A stretch of DNA of 59,185 bases, counting the filler. It is 8 parts of 8 records of this genome, joined end to end, with 100 filler letters (N's around TTAATTAATTAA, not from the genome) between each part and the next. Parts side by side here need not be neighbours in the genome. Positions count along the whole stretch, not along the records: positions 25,609 to 33,081 come from SRR31156797_9714; positions 33,182 to 42,439 come from SRR31156797_9716; 6 more parts are not named here. The stretch is one strand, 5' to 3'. Each line of letters opens with the position of its first letter. Positions within the stretch are counted from its first letter, which is position 1. Position numbers and translations under genes: made by a program. Of the stretch, positions 29,242 to 38,739 are shown in pieces. The notes beneath the pieces are model-generated. The model saw nothing but the letters and a program-made list of their open reading frames with translations, was not told where the DNA came from and searched no databases.

Positions 29242-30108
29242 CTACCTTGTGGTTGTCATATCTTCATCAACACAAATGGTATAATCTGCAGTAGCTGTAT
29301 TCTCTTCGGTAAGTTCCATGATATTTCCCTGAGAAACGGTTGAAATGGTAATAATTTTCAAATTCGGATTTTGCTTTTTCAGGTACCAGAAAATACTTTC
29401 AAAATTTGCTGAATGATATGCTCCGTGAAAGTGCAACAACAATTTACCTGGCTGCCAGAATTTTAATATAGAATGAGCCATTGTTGCATCTTTAATTGCC
29501 TGAGCTTTGGGAAAATTCTCGGTAACATGACTTCCCATTCCGGCCATTTCCATCATACTTTTGTAACAATTCAATTCCGGATCATATTCAACAGGAAGAG
29601 GTGGCAAAAATGTCTTTGCTTCATCCGACAGCTCTTCCAATCCTTCAAAACCTGCTGCATTTACCAACGAAGCGTAACGGCGTGGAACATTCGAAGCGAC
29701 AAACTGCAGTTTATTAATTTTGGCAAACTCAACCAGTGGTTTATAATCGGTTTTATAATTGGGCCAAAGTTTTGCTTCATCCTCAAATCGGCTTTGCGAA
29801 ATTGTACTATCAATATATTCAGTTAAAATTAACTGGTTATCTGTTTCAAACATTTCGGCCCCAAGAATTAAGTTATTGTTTTTGAGTGCAAATAAGTCTT
29901 TTGTAATTTCCAGCTGCAACCAATGCGAAATCGGATTATTGTGCAGCTCTCCAAACAACACAATATCAGCAGCATTTAGGTCATCCATCATTTTTTTGTA
30001 TTTTACAGTTTTACCAGCTTTATTAAAAAGCAAATAAGCCGGTTTGTCTGATTTTAATGCAGCAAAAAGAAAAAAGGAAACCAGAAACAGAATTTGAAAT
30101 TTACTCAT
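29242..30108 (-). CDS. ChaN family (iron-regulated, heme-uptake-associated) exported protein
   Basis: FGELHNN..HWLQ, GAEMFE, WPNY..DYKP, NVPRRYA, KDATMA, GAYHS. Confidence 0.85.
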   Translation of the reverse strand: MSKFQILFLVSFFLFAALKSDKPAYLLFNKAGKTVKYKKMMDDLNAADIVLFGELHNNPISHWLQLEITKDLFALKNNNLILGAEMFETDNQLILTEYIDSTISQSRFEDEAKLWPNYKTDYKPLVEFAKINKLQFVASNVPRRYASLVNAAGFEGLEELSDEAKTFLPPLPVEYDPELNCYKSMMEMAGMGSHVTENFPKAQAIKDATMAHSILKFWQPGKLLLHFHGAYHSANFESIFWYLKKQNPNLKIITISTVSQGNIMELTEENTATADYTICVDEDMTTTR

Positions 30109-30159
30109 CACATTCGATTTAAATAAAAAGTCTACAAAGTAAGTTAAAATCAGTTTACT

Positions 30160-30759
30160 ATGAATGCCGAAACCGGATGGTTTTATAAACGATTTATCGA
30201 TCCGCTGCTTTTTTCAGTCCGTAAAAATATGGCAGCTGAAATAAATTCTGGCGAAACAGTACTGGATATTGCCTGTGGAACAGGTGCTTTTGCGTTTGAA
30301 GCCGCTAAAACTGCGAAAAAGGTAGTTGGCATAGATTTATCGCAATCGATGATTAAAACGGCCAAAAAGACACAAGAAACACATTCAATTCAAAATACTG
30401 AATTTATGGTTGCCGACGCCGCACGGTTAGACCAATTTACAAATAACCAATTCGATGTGGTTACCTTATCCATGGCTTTGCATCAATTTAATCCGGAAAT
30501 ACATTCATACATTTTAAGTGAATTAAAAAGGGTGGCAAATACCATTTTAGTGGTCGATTACTCTGTTCCGTTGCCAAAGAATATTTTGGGTTATTCTTCA
30601 AAATTAATTGAATTTTTAGCCGGGAAGGAACACAACAGCAACTTCAGAAAATATTATAAAGCAGGCGGATTATATGGTATTTTTCTTCAAAATGAAATCG
30701 GCATAAATAAATCGAAACATTTTTCGGGTGGCATTTTTCACCTCATTAAATGTCGGTAG
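30160..30759 (+). CDS. Class I SAM-dependent methyltransferase (UbiE-like)
   Basis: VLDIACGTG, GIDLS..M, FDVVTLSMALH. Confidence 0.88.
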   Translation: MNAETGWFYKRFIDPLLFSVRKNMAAEINSGETVLDIACGTGAFAFEAAKTAKKVVGIDLSQSMIKTAKKTQETHSIQNTEFMVADAARLDQFTNNQFDVVTLSMALHQFNPEIHSYILSELKRVANTILVVDYSVPLPKNILGYSSKLIEFLAGKEHNSNFRKYYKAGGLYGIFLQNEIGINKSKHFSGGIFHLIKCR

Positions 30760-30786
30760 AAATAAAAGATTTATAATTTTGTTACA

Positions 30787-31332
30787 ATGAATAATGAGCC
30801 ATCCAAAAATATTCTTTTAATTGCCGGCAGTGGTCAGAATGTTGGAAAAACAACACTTGCCTGTCAGATCCTTCAAAACGAAAGAATAAACAAACCGGTG
30901 GCTGTAAAAATTGCACCTCATTTTCATAAATCAACCGAAGGATTAATAGAATTGGCAAAGGGTGAAAATTGGTTTTTATATGAAGAAACCAATTCAAAAA
31001 CCCAAAAAGATTCTTCGTTATATCTGCACAACGGTGCTGTAAGAAGCTACTTAATTCTAACAAAAGATTATGGATTAAAAGAAGCTTTTTCGGAGTTAAA
31101 AAAAGAAATTCCTTCAGAAAATCCTGTGGTTATAGAATCGGCAGCTTTACAAAATATTATCGATCCCGGATTTTTTATCGTGGTTTTATCAAAAAATAAT
31201 AAGAATGAAAAAGAGATGGAATCATTACTCAAAAAAGCCGATCTGATTGTAATTTCCGACGGCAAAAGATTCTATCCTGCTCCCCAAAAAATTACATTCA
31301 AAAAAACCTGGTCGCTCAATCTAAAAGCATAA
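30787..31332 (+). CDS. Small P-loop NTPase-like protein
   Basis: Walker A GSGQNVGKTT; VVIES Walker-B-like strand. Confidence 0.7.
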   Translation: MNNEPSKNILLIAGSGQNVGKTTLACQILQNERINKPVAVKIAPHFHKSTEGLIELAKGENWFLYEETNSKTQKDSSLYLHNGAVRSYLILTKDYGLKEAFSELKKEIPSENPVVIESAALQNIIDPGFFIVVLSKNNKNEKEMESLLKKADLIVISDGKRFYPAPQKITFKKTWSLNLKA

Positions 31333-31471
31333 AAAGCTTAAAATCGGGATTTTACACTTTTTAACCCCTTTAACATATCTCAAATTTTTTTAACAGAAGT
31401 TTATTTCTCTTAAGTCGGATTAACATAATCATGGCTTAATTTTGAATTATCAAATTTTAAATCCAAAACAC

Positions 31472-32140
31472 ATGAAACAAAAATTACCAAAACTATCTTT
31501 TTTTATTCTACTTATTTTAGGATTAATTTTCTCACAAAACCTAGATGCACAATCAGAGTATGGAATAAAAAGTGGAATCCTATTTTCAAATATTAAAGGA
31601 AGTGGATTAAGTTCAAACTTAGATTTTGACAGCAAAAATGGCTTCACTGCAGGAGCTTTTTTCAAAAAGAAAAAATTATTAGGGCAGGTTGGATTTCAGG
31701 GAGAAATACTTTACCAAAACAAAGGTGCCGACATATTCATAAAACCAGTAAATGCAAATTCGCCATATTTAATCTCAGAAAACAATGTTATAAATACCAC
31801 AGATTCGTATTACCTTTCAAAAGAAAATTTACATTATTTATCGTTGCCTTTATTGGTAACAATACCTGCAACCAGATTCTTTGAATTTTATACAGGTCCG
31901 GAATTTAACTATTTGCTTTCTATGAATTCCAGCAGAATAGAAACAACCAATTTAAATCGGTTAACCATGGGCATTGCTTCTGGTATTGCATTAAAACTTG
32001 GAGAAAATACAAATGTTGATTTTAGATATACTTTTGATATTACTTCATTCGATAATATAGGAAGTGAACAACAACCAGCAAAGCTCCGGAATGATAATTT
32101 TGCAATAACAATTCAACAAACAATTTTCAGAAAAAAGTAA
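31472..32140 (+). CDS. Outer-membrane beta-barrel (porin-family) protein
   Basis: Signal peptide; YGIKSG, EILYQNKG, YLSLPLL, YTGP, DFRY, typical of Bacteroidota OMP beta-barrels. Confidence 0.8.
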   Translation: MKQKLPKLSFFILLILGLIFSQNLDAQSEYGIKSGILFSNIKGSGLSSNLDFDSKNGFTAGAFFKKKKLLGQVGFQGEILYQNKGADIFIKPVNANSPYLISENNVINTTDSYYLSKENLHYLSLPLLVTIPATRFFEFYTGPEFNYLLSMNSSRIETTNLNRLTMGIASGIALKLGENTNVDFRYTFDITSFDNIGSEQQPAKLRNDNFAITIQQTIFRKK

Positions 32141-32216
32141 GATTAAAAGTACTGCTGTCAGGGTTCAGAAAACAATTTGAACAAATTAGGATTTCTTGGG
32201 AACAAGGAATCCTTTT

Positions 32217-32993
32217 TTACAATTTAGCCATCTCTTCTTTTAGCCATTTCGGACGATTCGTGGTTATTCCTGTAACGCCCATTTCGGTTAATCGTTTTGC
32301 CACCTCCGGATTGTCGATGGTCCACGATAAAACCTCGAGGTTATTTTCTTTTGCAAGCCCCATAATTTCATCGTCGATTATCGAATGATTCAGGTTTATA
32401 CCATCTAAACCTGCAGCTGCAACTTCCGGCATTTTCTTTTTAACGGCCGATTTTGACGAGCTTAACCAATAACATTTATTTTCGGGAAATTCCTTTTTTG
32501 TTTCTACAATGGTTTTCCAATCGAAAGCGATAAAAACAATTTGTGTACCCTCGCCATAATTTTCGATACACCGCGATAAATGAGGCACAACTTCTTTGTC
32601 GCATTTAATTTCTACAACCAGCGTTTTTCCTTCGGGCACTGTTTTTATGATTTCCGAGAGAAACGGAATTTTTTCGCCTTTGTATTTTTCATCTTTCCAC
32701 GAACCGGCATCAAGGTCGCGCAGCAACATTGAAGGAGTATCTTCAATGGTCAGGTTCTTTTTGCCGCTACATGTTCTTTTTGTGTTTTTATCGTGAATAA
32801 CCATAATGCGGTTATCTTTTGCAGAATGAATATCTATTTCAACGGCATCGGCTCCAAGCTCCCAGGCCAAATTTGCCGAAGCAACTGTATTTTCAGGTGC
32901 TAAATACGATGCTCCCCGATGTGCGATAAATTTGTTCTGAGCAAAAATATTCATTGAGAAAAAAATGAATAATATTATTAATGGCTCTTTCAT
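32217..32993 (-). CDS. Glycerophosphodiester phosphodiesterase
   Basis: IAHRGAS..APENT, EIDIH, IHD, VEIK, WTID, GITTNRP. Confidence 0.93.
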   Translation of the reverse strand: MKEPLIILFIFFSMNIFAQNKFIAHRGASYLAPENTVASANLAWELGADAVEIDIHSAKDNRIMVIHDKNTKRTCSGKKNLTIEDTPSMLLRDLDAGSWKDEKYKGEKIPFLSEIIKTVPEGKTLVVEIKCDKEVVPHLSRCIENYGEGTQIVFIAFDWKTIVETKKEFPENKCYWLSSSKSAVKKKMPEVAAAGLDGINLNHSIIDDEIMGLAKENNLEVLSWTIDNPEVAKRLTEMGVTGITTNRPKWLKEEMAKL

Positions 32994-33081
32994 GTTTTCA
33001 ATTTTAGCGACCGAAAGATAATAATGATAAAAAGATTTTTAGCGAAATTTTAGTTAAAAAACGTAGCTTTGTGTTCGCTTA

Positions 33082-33181
33082 NNNNNNNNNNNNNNNNNNN
33101 NNNNNNNNNNNNNNNNNNNNNNNNNTTAATTAATTAANNNNNNNNNNNNNNNNNNNNNNNNNNNNNNNNNNNNNNNNNNNN
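33082..33181. other. Artificial contig-joining spacer
   Basis: N44-TTAATTAATTAA-N44. Confidence 0.98.
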
Positions 33182-33478
33182 TGCTTGATATTTCTCTTTT
33201 TCTAATCTTTTTTTAATATTGTCAAAATCTGCATGAGTTCGAAGATATTTATCTTCAGCTTCTTTTGCTTTCTCTTCAGCCTCAGCTACTTTAGCTTCCA
33301 TCTTTGTTTTAAACTCTTCATCTAATGAAGCAAATTTATCACCTTCAGTCTCAGCTGTATTATCTTCAGTTTCCATAGTCTCCACATTCGATGAGTCTGA
33401 AGATACCTTAGTATCTTCATTTGTCATCTCTTCAGTTTCAACTACTTCCTCTTCTTTTTTTAGCTCTTCACTACTCAT
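33182..33478 (-). CDS. grpE: Nucleotide exchange factor GrpE (partial)
   Basis: Acidic N-terminus, then [21 protein letters not shown]; directly downstream of hrcA. Confidence 0.92.
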
Positions 33479-34281
33479 TTACTAATCCCTTTATAAAAAT
33501 ATTCATAATCTTTTGATAATTCACCTAGAACTACCATTTTAAAATTTTGTGTTCCTATTTGAACATCATGTGTTATTGCCATATATTGATTTGGCAGCAT
33601 CCCACCAATAAATGGACTTCCATTAAAGTAAAGCCCATTTGGAAGCTTCTCCATAATATTTCCATGAAGAAACTGATTGATAGAGAATTCATCAAGATCA
33701 TAGCTTACACATAGTTTTAAAAACTCTTTAATATTGATGATCTCATATTCTCTATCATAAAGATATGAATCCAATTCAGAATAAAGCTCATTCGCTCCAA
33801 CTTGTTTTGAAACTTCTAAGATAGAACTTGCTTCAAGTCCCACCATATCACTTAAAAATTTAAAGAGCGCACTATTATATTTTATAGTGATCGAAAATGA
33901 ACTAAACTCTAAAAGTAAATAAAGATCCTCGATTTGTAATACTCTATTTAAAACCTCTTTATGTTGTTTTTTTAGAAATATTGTTAAACCGATATCTTTG
34001 GATAACATATTTAATCTATTATAATCCACAAGTCCAAGTTTTACATTGATCCTAGTTGACCAATACTCCTTAAGCGCCTCAGTAGTAGGAGTTCTTCCAC
34101 TACTTGCATGCTCTTGAGCTAAGTATCCCTCATCTCCAAGCTTTTTAAAGTATCCTCTAATAGTTGCAGGTGAGTATGAAAGGTCATACATCGTTTTTAA
34201 TTGACCTGAACCAATAGGCTCAAGATGCTCTATATAAGCTCTGATAATCGAATCAAGTAAAAACTCTTTTTTGTCAATCAT
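33475..34281 (-). CDS. hrcA: Heat-inducible transcription repressor HrcA
   Basis: [20 protein letters not shown]; start reassigned to ATG 34281, downstream of the promoter. Confidence 0.92.
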   Translation of the reverse strand: MIDKKEFLLDSIIRAYIEHLEPIGSGQLKTMYDLSYSPATIRGYFKKLGDEGYLAQEHASSGRTPTTEALKEYWSTRINVKLGLVDYNRLNMLSKDIGLTIFLKKQHKEVLNRVLQIEDLYLLLEFSSFSITIKYNSALFKFLSDMVGLEASSILEVSKQVGANELYSELDSYLYDREYEIINIKEFLKLCVSYDLDEFSINQFLHGNIMEKLPNGLYFNGSPFIGGMLPNQYMAITHDVQIGTQNFKMVVLGELSKDYEYFYKGISK

Positions 34282-34302
34282 TTCTAACCATTTTATTAAA
34301 AT

Positions 34303-34329
34303 CTGGCACTTATATATTTCAAGTGCTAG
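34303..34329. promoter_or_regulatory. CIRCE element 1 (HrcA operator)
   Basis: CTGGCACTT-N9-AAGTGCTAG versus consensus TTAGCACTC-N9-GAGTGCTAA; lies at the predicted hrcA +1. Confidence 0.85.
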
Positions 34330-34333
34330 AATA

Positions 34334-34362
34334 ATTATATCATATGAGTGATTTAATGTCAA
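34334..34362 (-). promoter_or_regulatory. Consensus sigma-70 promoter of hrcA-grpE
   Basis: Minus strand TTGACA(34362-57)-17 bp-TATAAT(34339-34) with extended -10 TG. Confidence 0.9.
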
Positions 34363-34363
34363 G
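34343..34363. promoter_or_regulatory. HAIR-like element (putative HspR operator)
   Basis: TATGAGT-N7-TGTCAAG versus CTTGAGT-N7-ACTCAAG (5/7 per arm), overlapping the -35 box. Confidence 0.55.
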
Positions 34364-34388
34364 TATATAGGTGTAAAAGTTTTAAACT

Positions 34389-34415
34389 TTAGCATATAAA
34401 TCAAATGAGTGCTAA
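34389..34415. promoter_or_regulatory. CIRCE element 2
   Basis: TTAGCATAT-N9-GAGTGCTAA; the right arm is perfect consensus. Confidence 0.75.
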
Positions 34416-34453
34416 AAGGAATCTTTTATCATCCTTATTCTATAATCTCTTTT

Positions 34454-36259
34454 ATGCAGTTTCTCAACCCAAATGTATTTTATATGATGCTTATTCCTCT
34501 ACTATTGCTAGTGATACTTATACTTACTTCTAAAGAGATGCTTGAAGAGTACTTTTCTAAGCAGATGCTTGAAAAACTTCGTGTAGGAAATAGTATGTTT
34601 TCTAAAAAAAGCAGAAACTTTTTACTTTTTTTAACATTGATTTTTTTTATTTTCGCTCTTTCACGTCCTGTAATGGATGAAAAAGATCATAATGTGACTC
34701 AAAAACTGATCCCAATAGTAATCGCTCTTGATGTATCACGATCAATGCAGGTAGAAGATATCTACCCAAATAGAATTGAGTTTGCTAAAAAGAAATTAAA
34801 AAGTTTTATTCAGCATGGGAAAAATACGACTATAGGAGTGATACTTTTTGCAAAAGATTCTTTTGTACTCTCTCCTGTAACAGAGGATTTTTTATCTTTA
34901 AACTATATTGTGGATAATCTTGATACAAATGTCAACTTTCCAAATGGCTCAAATATCTTTGCAACTTTAGAAGCGACAAAATATATGTTAGAAGATTTTA
35001 ATGTAAAAAATCTTGTGATCTTAAGTGATGGTGCTAATAAAGAAGACTATGATAATGAACTTGTATTTGCTAAAGAGAATAATATCTCAGTCTACGCAAT
35101 AGGGATAGGAACACAACAAGGTGCAGCAATACCAGATGGAAAAAATGGATATATAACCGATAAAAATGGAAATATTGTAACAGTCAAATTAAATGATTCA
35201 ATAAAAGAGCTTGCTACAAAAAGTGGAGGTGGGTATATAGAGTATTCATTAGATAATGCAGATATAGAAGCGATCTTAGAGCGGATCAATCTTCAGTCAA
35301 AAAAAGAGGATATCTCTAAACAAAATGTAAAAACATATACTGAACTTTTTTATTATCCTTTGGCTTTAGGGTTGCTTTTTTTATTTATGGCATTAAGCTC
35401 TTTTCCTAGATTAAAAAAAGCAAAAGTTATGGCACCTATATTTTTAGTGTTTTTTACAACGCCTATACAAACTCCTCTACAAGCCTATGAGTTTGATTTT
35501 GAGAGGATAGAAAAAGCAAAAGAGCTTTATAAAGAGAATAAATATGATGAAGCAGCAGATCAGTTTCGAGCTATTCGAACGACACCAGAATCATTATATA
35601 ACCTTGGAAATTCATTATATAAAGAGAAAAAATATGATGAAGCGATTGATACTTTTTCTAAAATTGTGACAAACGATAGTGATCTTGAAGCAAAAAAGCT
35701 TTATAACTTAGGAAATAGTTATGTACAAAAAAATGAATTGCAAAAAGCAAAAGAGTTTTATGAAAAAGCTTTAAAAGTAAAACCTGATAAAGAAACACAA
35801 GAGAATTTAGAACTTGTAAAAAAAGCTTTAGAAGAACAGAAAAAACAGCAAGATCAAAAAAAGCAAAATAATGATAATAAAGAGAAAGATCAAAAACAAA
35901 AAGAGCAAGACAATAAACAAAATAATGATCAAGAGCAAGAGAAAAAGCAAGAACAAAAAGATAAAAATGATCAGCAAAAAAATGATCAGGAAAATAAACA
36001 GGAACAAAAACAAGATCAAAAAAATCAAGACTCACAAGAAGAGCAAAACAAAAAACAAGATCAAGAGAATAAAAAGCAAGAACAACAACAATCAGGAGAG
36101 CCAAGTGAACAACAATCACAAGTGCCAGAAGATAATATCTCACAACTAGAAGAGGAAAAGTGGATGAAACAATTAGAAGAGAAAAATAAAGTTCCCATGT
36201 TGATTCAAAAGATGCCATCACAAAATAAGGATAGTTCAGATGAAATTCAACCTTGGTAG
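34454..36259 (+). CDS. VWA + TPR membrane protein (BatB/BatC-like fusion)
   Basis: N-terminal TM pair, ALSRP, MIDAS DVSRS..SDG, TPRs YNLGNS x2, Q/K/D/N-rich linker, terminal PW. Confidence 0.88.
   Translation: MQFLNPNVFYMMLIPLLLLVILILTSKEMLEEYFSKQMLEKLRVGNSMFSKKSRNFLLFLTLIFFIFALSRPVMDEKDHNVTQKLIPIVIALDVSRSMQVEDIYPNRIEFAKKKLKSFIQHGKNTTIGVILFAKDSFVLSPVTEDFLSLNYIVDNLDTNVNFPNGSNIFATLEATKYMLEDFNVKNLVILSDGANKEDYDNELVFAKENNISVYAIGIGTQQGAAIPDGKNGYITDKNGNIVTVKLNDSIKELATKSGGGYIEYSLDNADIEAILERINLQSKKEDISKQNVKTYTELFYYPLALGLLFLFMALSSFPRLKKAKVMAPIFLVFFTTPIQTPLQAYEFDFERIEKAKELYKENKYDEAADQFRAIRTTPESLYNLGNSLYKEKKYDEAIDTFSKIVTNDSDLEAKKLYNLGNSYVQKNELQKAKEFYEKALKVKPDKETQENLELVKKALEEQKKQQDQKKQNNDNKEKDQKQKEQDNKQNNDQEQEKKQEQKDKNDQQKNDQENKQEQKQDQKNQDSQEEQNKKQDQENKKQEQQQSGEPSEQQSQVPEDNISQLEEEKWMKQLEEKNKVPMLIQKMPSQNKDSSDEIQPW
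35830..36120 (+). repeat. Low-complexity Q/K/D/N/E-coding linker
   Basis: Degenerate CAAGATCAA/AAACAA-type repeats encoding QKKQQDQKKQNNDNKEKDQKQ... Confidence 0.8.
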
Positions 36260-37739
36260 AAAAGTTTTACTTCTTTTTTTTATCCCTATTGTTCTTTTTG
36301 CAAAGGTAAGTCTAGAGGCTCCTAAGAGTTTTGTTCAAGGAAATTTTGTTGTATTTGAAATTATAGTTAGTGGTGAAAATATAGAGATACCTAAAATTAC
36401 AAAAATAGAAGAGTATCCTGTACAACTTATAGGAAATTCTAAAGAGTCTTCTACCATTAATGGAAGATTATTTCAAAGACATGTACAAAGGTTTGCTTTT
36501 AAACCAGAGAATGAAATAGTCATTCCACCGTTTGAAATAAAAATAGATGGACAAGTTGAAAAGACAGAACCTAAAAAAATAGTTATGCTAAAAAGAACAA
36601 AAACAGTATCAGACTTATTTGATTATGATATTAAAGTAGATAAAACAAATTCTTATGTTGGAGAAAGCATTGCACTGAGTGTTATTTTAAAATATAGAAA
36701 AGATATTAATGTATCACATCTAGAGTTTGAAAAAATAAATTTTAATAATTTTTGGGTAAAGAAAATTCAAAAATCACCTATTAAGATTAACAAAGATTCA
36801 AATTTCAATTATGAAATTTTTCAATACTTACTTTTTCCCCAACAAGAGGGAAAGTATGAGTTTGGTGCACTCAAAGTAGGTATAGTAACACTAGAAGGAA
36901 ATAGTTTCTTTTTTAGCGGAGCAACTAACAAACATGTGTTATATTCAAATAGTGTAACAATAAATGTACAAAAACTACCTGCAAATGTATATTTAATAGG
37001 TGATTTTACACTAGAAACATCAGTGGATAAACTGAGCGTAAAACAAGGGGAAGCGATCTCTTATAAGATCAATATAAAAGGGGTAGGAAATGTGGATGAT
37101 ATCCCTGAGTTTAAACTCGATATTCCATCAGCTACTATCTATGAAAACCCTGCAAAAAAAGAGTATAGTTATAATGATGGGAAATATGGAGGAGAGTTTA
37201 CTAAAGTATATTCTATTGTTCCATCTGGGGATTTTATTATCCCCTCAATTACTTTAAAATATTTTGACAAAGAAAGTGGGGAAGTAAAAACACTTCAAAG
37301 TAAAGAGTATCCCATTAAAGTGGAAGGGGCAGTGAAAAAAGAGGTAGAGTTAGAGACTGCTAGTAAAGAAGAGAGTAAGTCACAGCTAGTGACAACAAAT
37401 ACTGACAAAACTATTCAAACTCCTATAAATACTTACGAGAAGATCACCTATTTTCTTTTAGGAATAGGAACTATTATAGGATTAATATTATTTATAAAAT
37501 TGGTTCAAACTCTACAAAAGAAAAAAACAAAAAAAGAGCTTCCCCTTCATAGTAGAATCAATAAAGCGGAGAGTAAAAAAGAGTTGCTTCAAATTATGGC
37601 TATTTATATAAATATTGATAAAGATTTGGATAAAATCATCTATACTATTGAGACGCAAGATGATCCAAAAACTTTAAATGCTCTAAAAAAAGAGGCTATT
37701 AAATTGATGAAAACAAAAAATATAAAGGGGCTTTCATAA
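36240..37739 (+). CDS. BatD family protein
   Basis: Signal peptide, beta-sandwich repeats, YVGE, LIGDFTL, GVGN, YFD, C-terminal TM; follows the VWA-TPR gene. Confidence 0.8.
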   Translation: MKFNLGRKVLLLFFIPIVLFAKVSLEAPKSFVQGNFVVFEIIVSGENIEIPKITKIEEYPVQLIGNSKESSTINGRLFQRHVQRFAFKPENEIVIPPFEIKIDGQVEKTEPKKIVMLKRTKTVSDLFDYDIKVDKTNSYVGESIALSVILKYRKDINVSHLEFEKINFNNFWVKKIQKSPIKINKDSNFNYEIFQYLLFPQQEGKYEFGALKVGIVTLEGNSFFFSGATNKHVLYSNSVTINVQKLPANVYLIGDFTLETSVDKLSVKQGEAISYKINIKGVGNVDDIPEFKLDIPSATIYENPAKKEYSYNDGKYGGEFTKVYSIVPSGDFIIPSITLKYFDKESGEVKTLQSKEYPIKVEGAVKKEVELETASKEESKSQLVTTNTDKTIQTPINTYEKITYFLLGIGTIIGLILFIKLVQTLQKKKTKKELPLHSRINKAESKKELLQIMAIYINIDKDLDKIIYTIETQDDPKTLNALKKEAIKLMKTKNIKGLS

Positions 37740-38317
37740 AAACATTTTTTACTATCACTATTGTATTTGTTCAGTTGTGTTTTGCTATGGATCAATTTGT
37801 TTGGGGTGGGATCAGTAAAACAGATATCACTCAAAAAGAGGTTGAAACTATTATCAAAGAGTATGTGGATAATAATATGCAAGATGAGGTAGAGGAGTAT
37901 CATGAGCTTTTAAATGAAAAAAGAGATCAAAAACTTGATAGATACGCTGATAAAACCTTTGTACAAGGGGAGCTTATGTGGCAAGATATGAAAGAGAATG
38001 AAACTGAAAAATTAAATATTATTCAATTTAATGTCTATTGTAGAGATCTTGAACTTGCCAATAGAAAAGATTGGAGACCACCAACATATTATGAGCTTTT
38101 AGAACTAGTGGATTATACAAAAACTGAACCTAGTAGTGTGGATGGATTAAAGTATATTGAGCCAGTGAAGTATTGGAGCACTTCAATTCACAGTACAAAA
38201 AAAGATAGCTATTGGTTTGTGGATTTTACATTAGGAACTACTGATATTACCAGTGGATTAAAAAAGCTTCATATTCGTTGTGTAAGAGAGTTGTCAAAGA
38301 AAAGAGGTGAGTATTGA
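37736..38317 (+). CDS. DUF1566 (Lcl C-terminal) domain protein 1
   Basis: LMWQD, YC..L..DWRPPT..EL, YWST, WFVDF..G, IRCVR; the signal peptide extends upstream of 37775 to ATA 37736. Confidence 0.82.
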   Translation: MKTFFTITIVFVQLCFAMDQFVWGGISKTDITQKEVETIIKEYVDNNMQDEVEEYHELLNEKRDQKLDRYADKTFVQGELMWQDMKENETEKLNIIQFNVYCRDLELANRKDWRPPTYYELLELVDYTKTEPSSVDGLKYIEPVKYWSTSIHSTKKDSYWFVDFTLGTTDITSGLKKLHIRCVRELSKKRGEY

Positions 38318-38739
38318 AAAAGCAAATAATATTCATTCTACTATGTGTTCAGGTCTCTTTATCTGTAGAGTTTACTAAAAGTATCAAAGCGGTATTTGAT
38401 AATAAAAAAAATCTAATGTGGCAAGATGATGAAGAGGTGTTTTTACAAGATGAACTTGTGATGGCTCAGGTGTATTGTGATGAACTGATTTTAAATAGTT
38501 ATAATGATTGGTATCTTCCTAGTATAAAACAGTTACAAACTATCACCGATATTACAAATCCAAAAGGGAGTATTAGAAAAGAGTTTCAGTATTTTAAAGA
38601 GGAAAAATATTGGAGTAATACCCCTTTTGCTAAAGACAAAAATCAATACTGGTATGTGGATTTTAAAACGGGAAAATCGATGTATCATTCAAAAGATGAA
38701 AAGAACTTTATAAGATGTGTAAGGGACAATAATGAATAA
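38314..38739 (+). CDS. DUF1566 (Lcl C-terminal) domain protein 2
   Basis: LMWQD, YC..L..DWYLPS, YWS, WYVDF..G, IRCVR. Confidence 0.85.
   Translation: MKKQIIFILLCVQVSLSVEFTKSIKAVFDNKKNLMWQDDEEVFLQDELVMAQVYCDELILNSYNDWYLPSIKQLQTITDITNPKGSIRKEFQYFKEEKYWSNTPFAKDKNQYWYVDFKTGKSMYHSKDEKNFIRCVRDNNE

Noticed and set aside
34282-34404. 41-aa N-terminal extension of HrcA
   Set aside because: It spans the promoter and operator sites; HrcA similarity begins at Met 34281.
35658-36221. Hydrophobic antisense ORFs (187 and 66 aa) and an alternate-frame Lys/Ile-rich ORF
   Set aside because: They are shadows of the A-rich low-complexity linker of the VWA-TPR gene.
37736-38739. DUF1566 pair as targets of a diversity-generating retroelement
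   Set aside because: No reverse transcriptase and no near-identical template/variable repeat pair are visible; the paralogues are diverged throughout.
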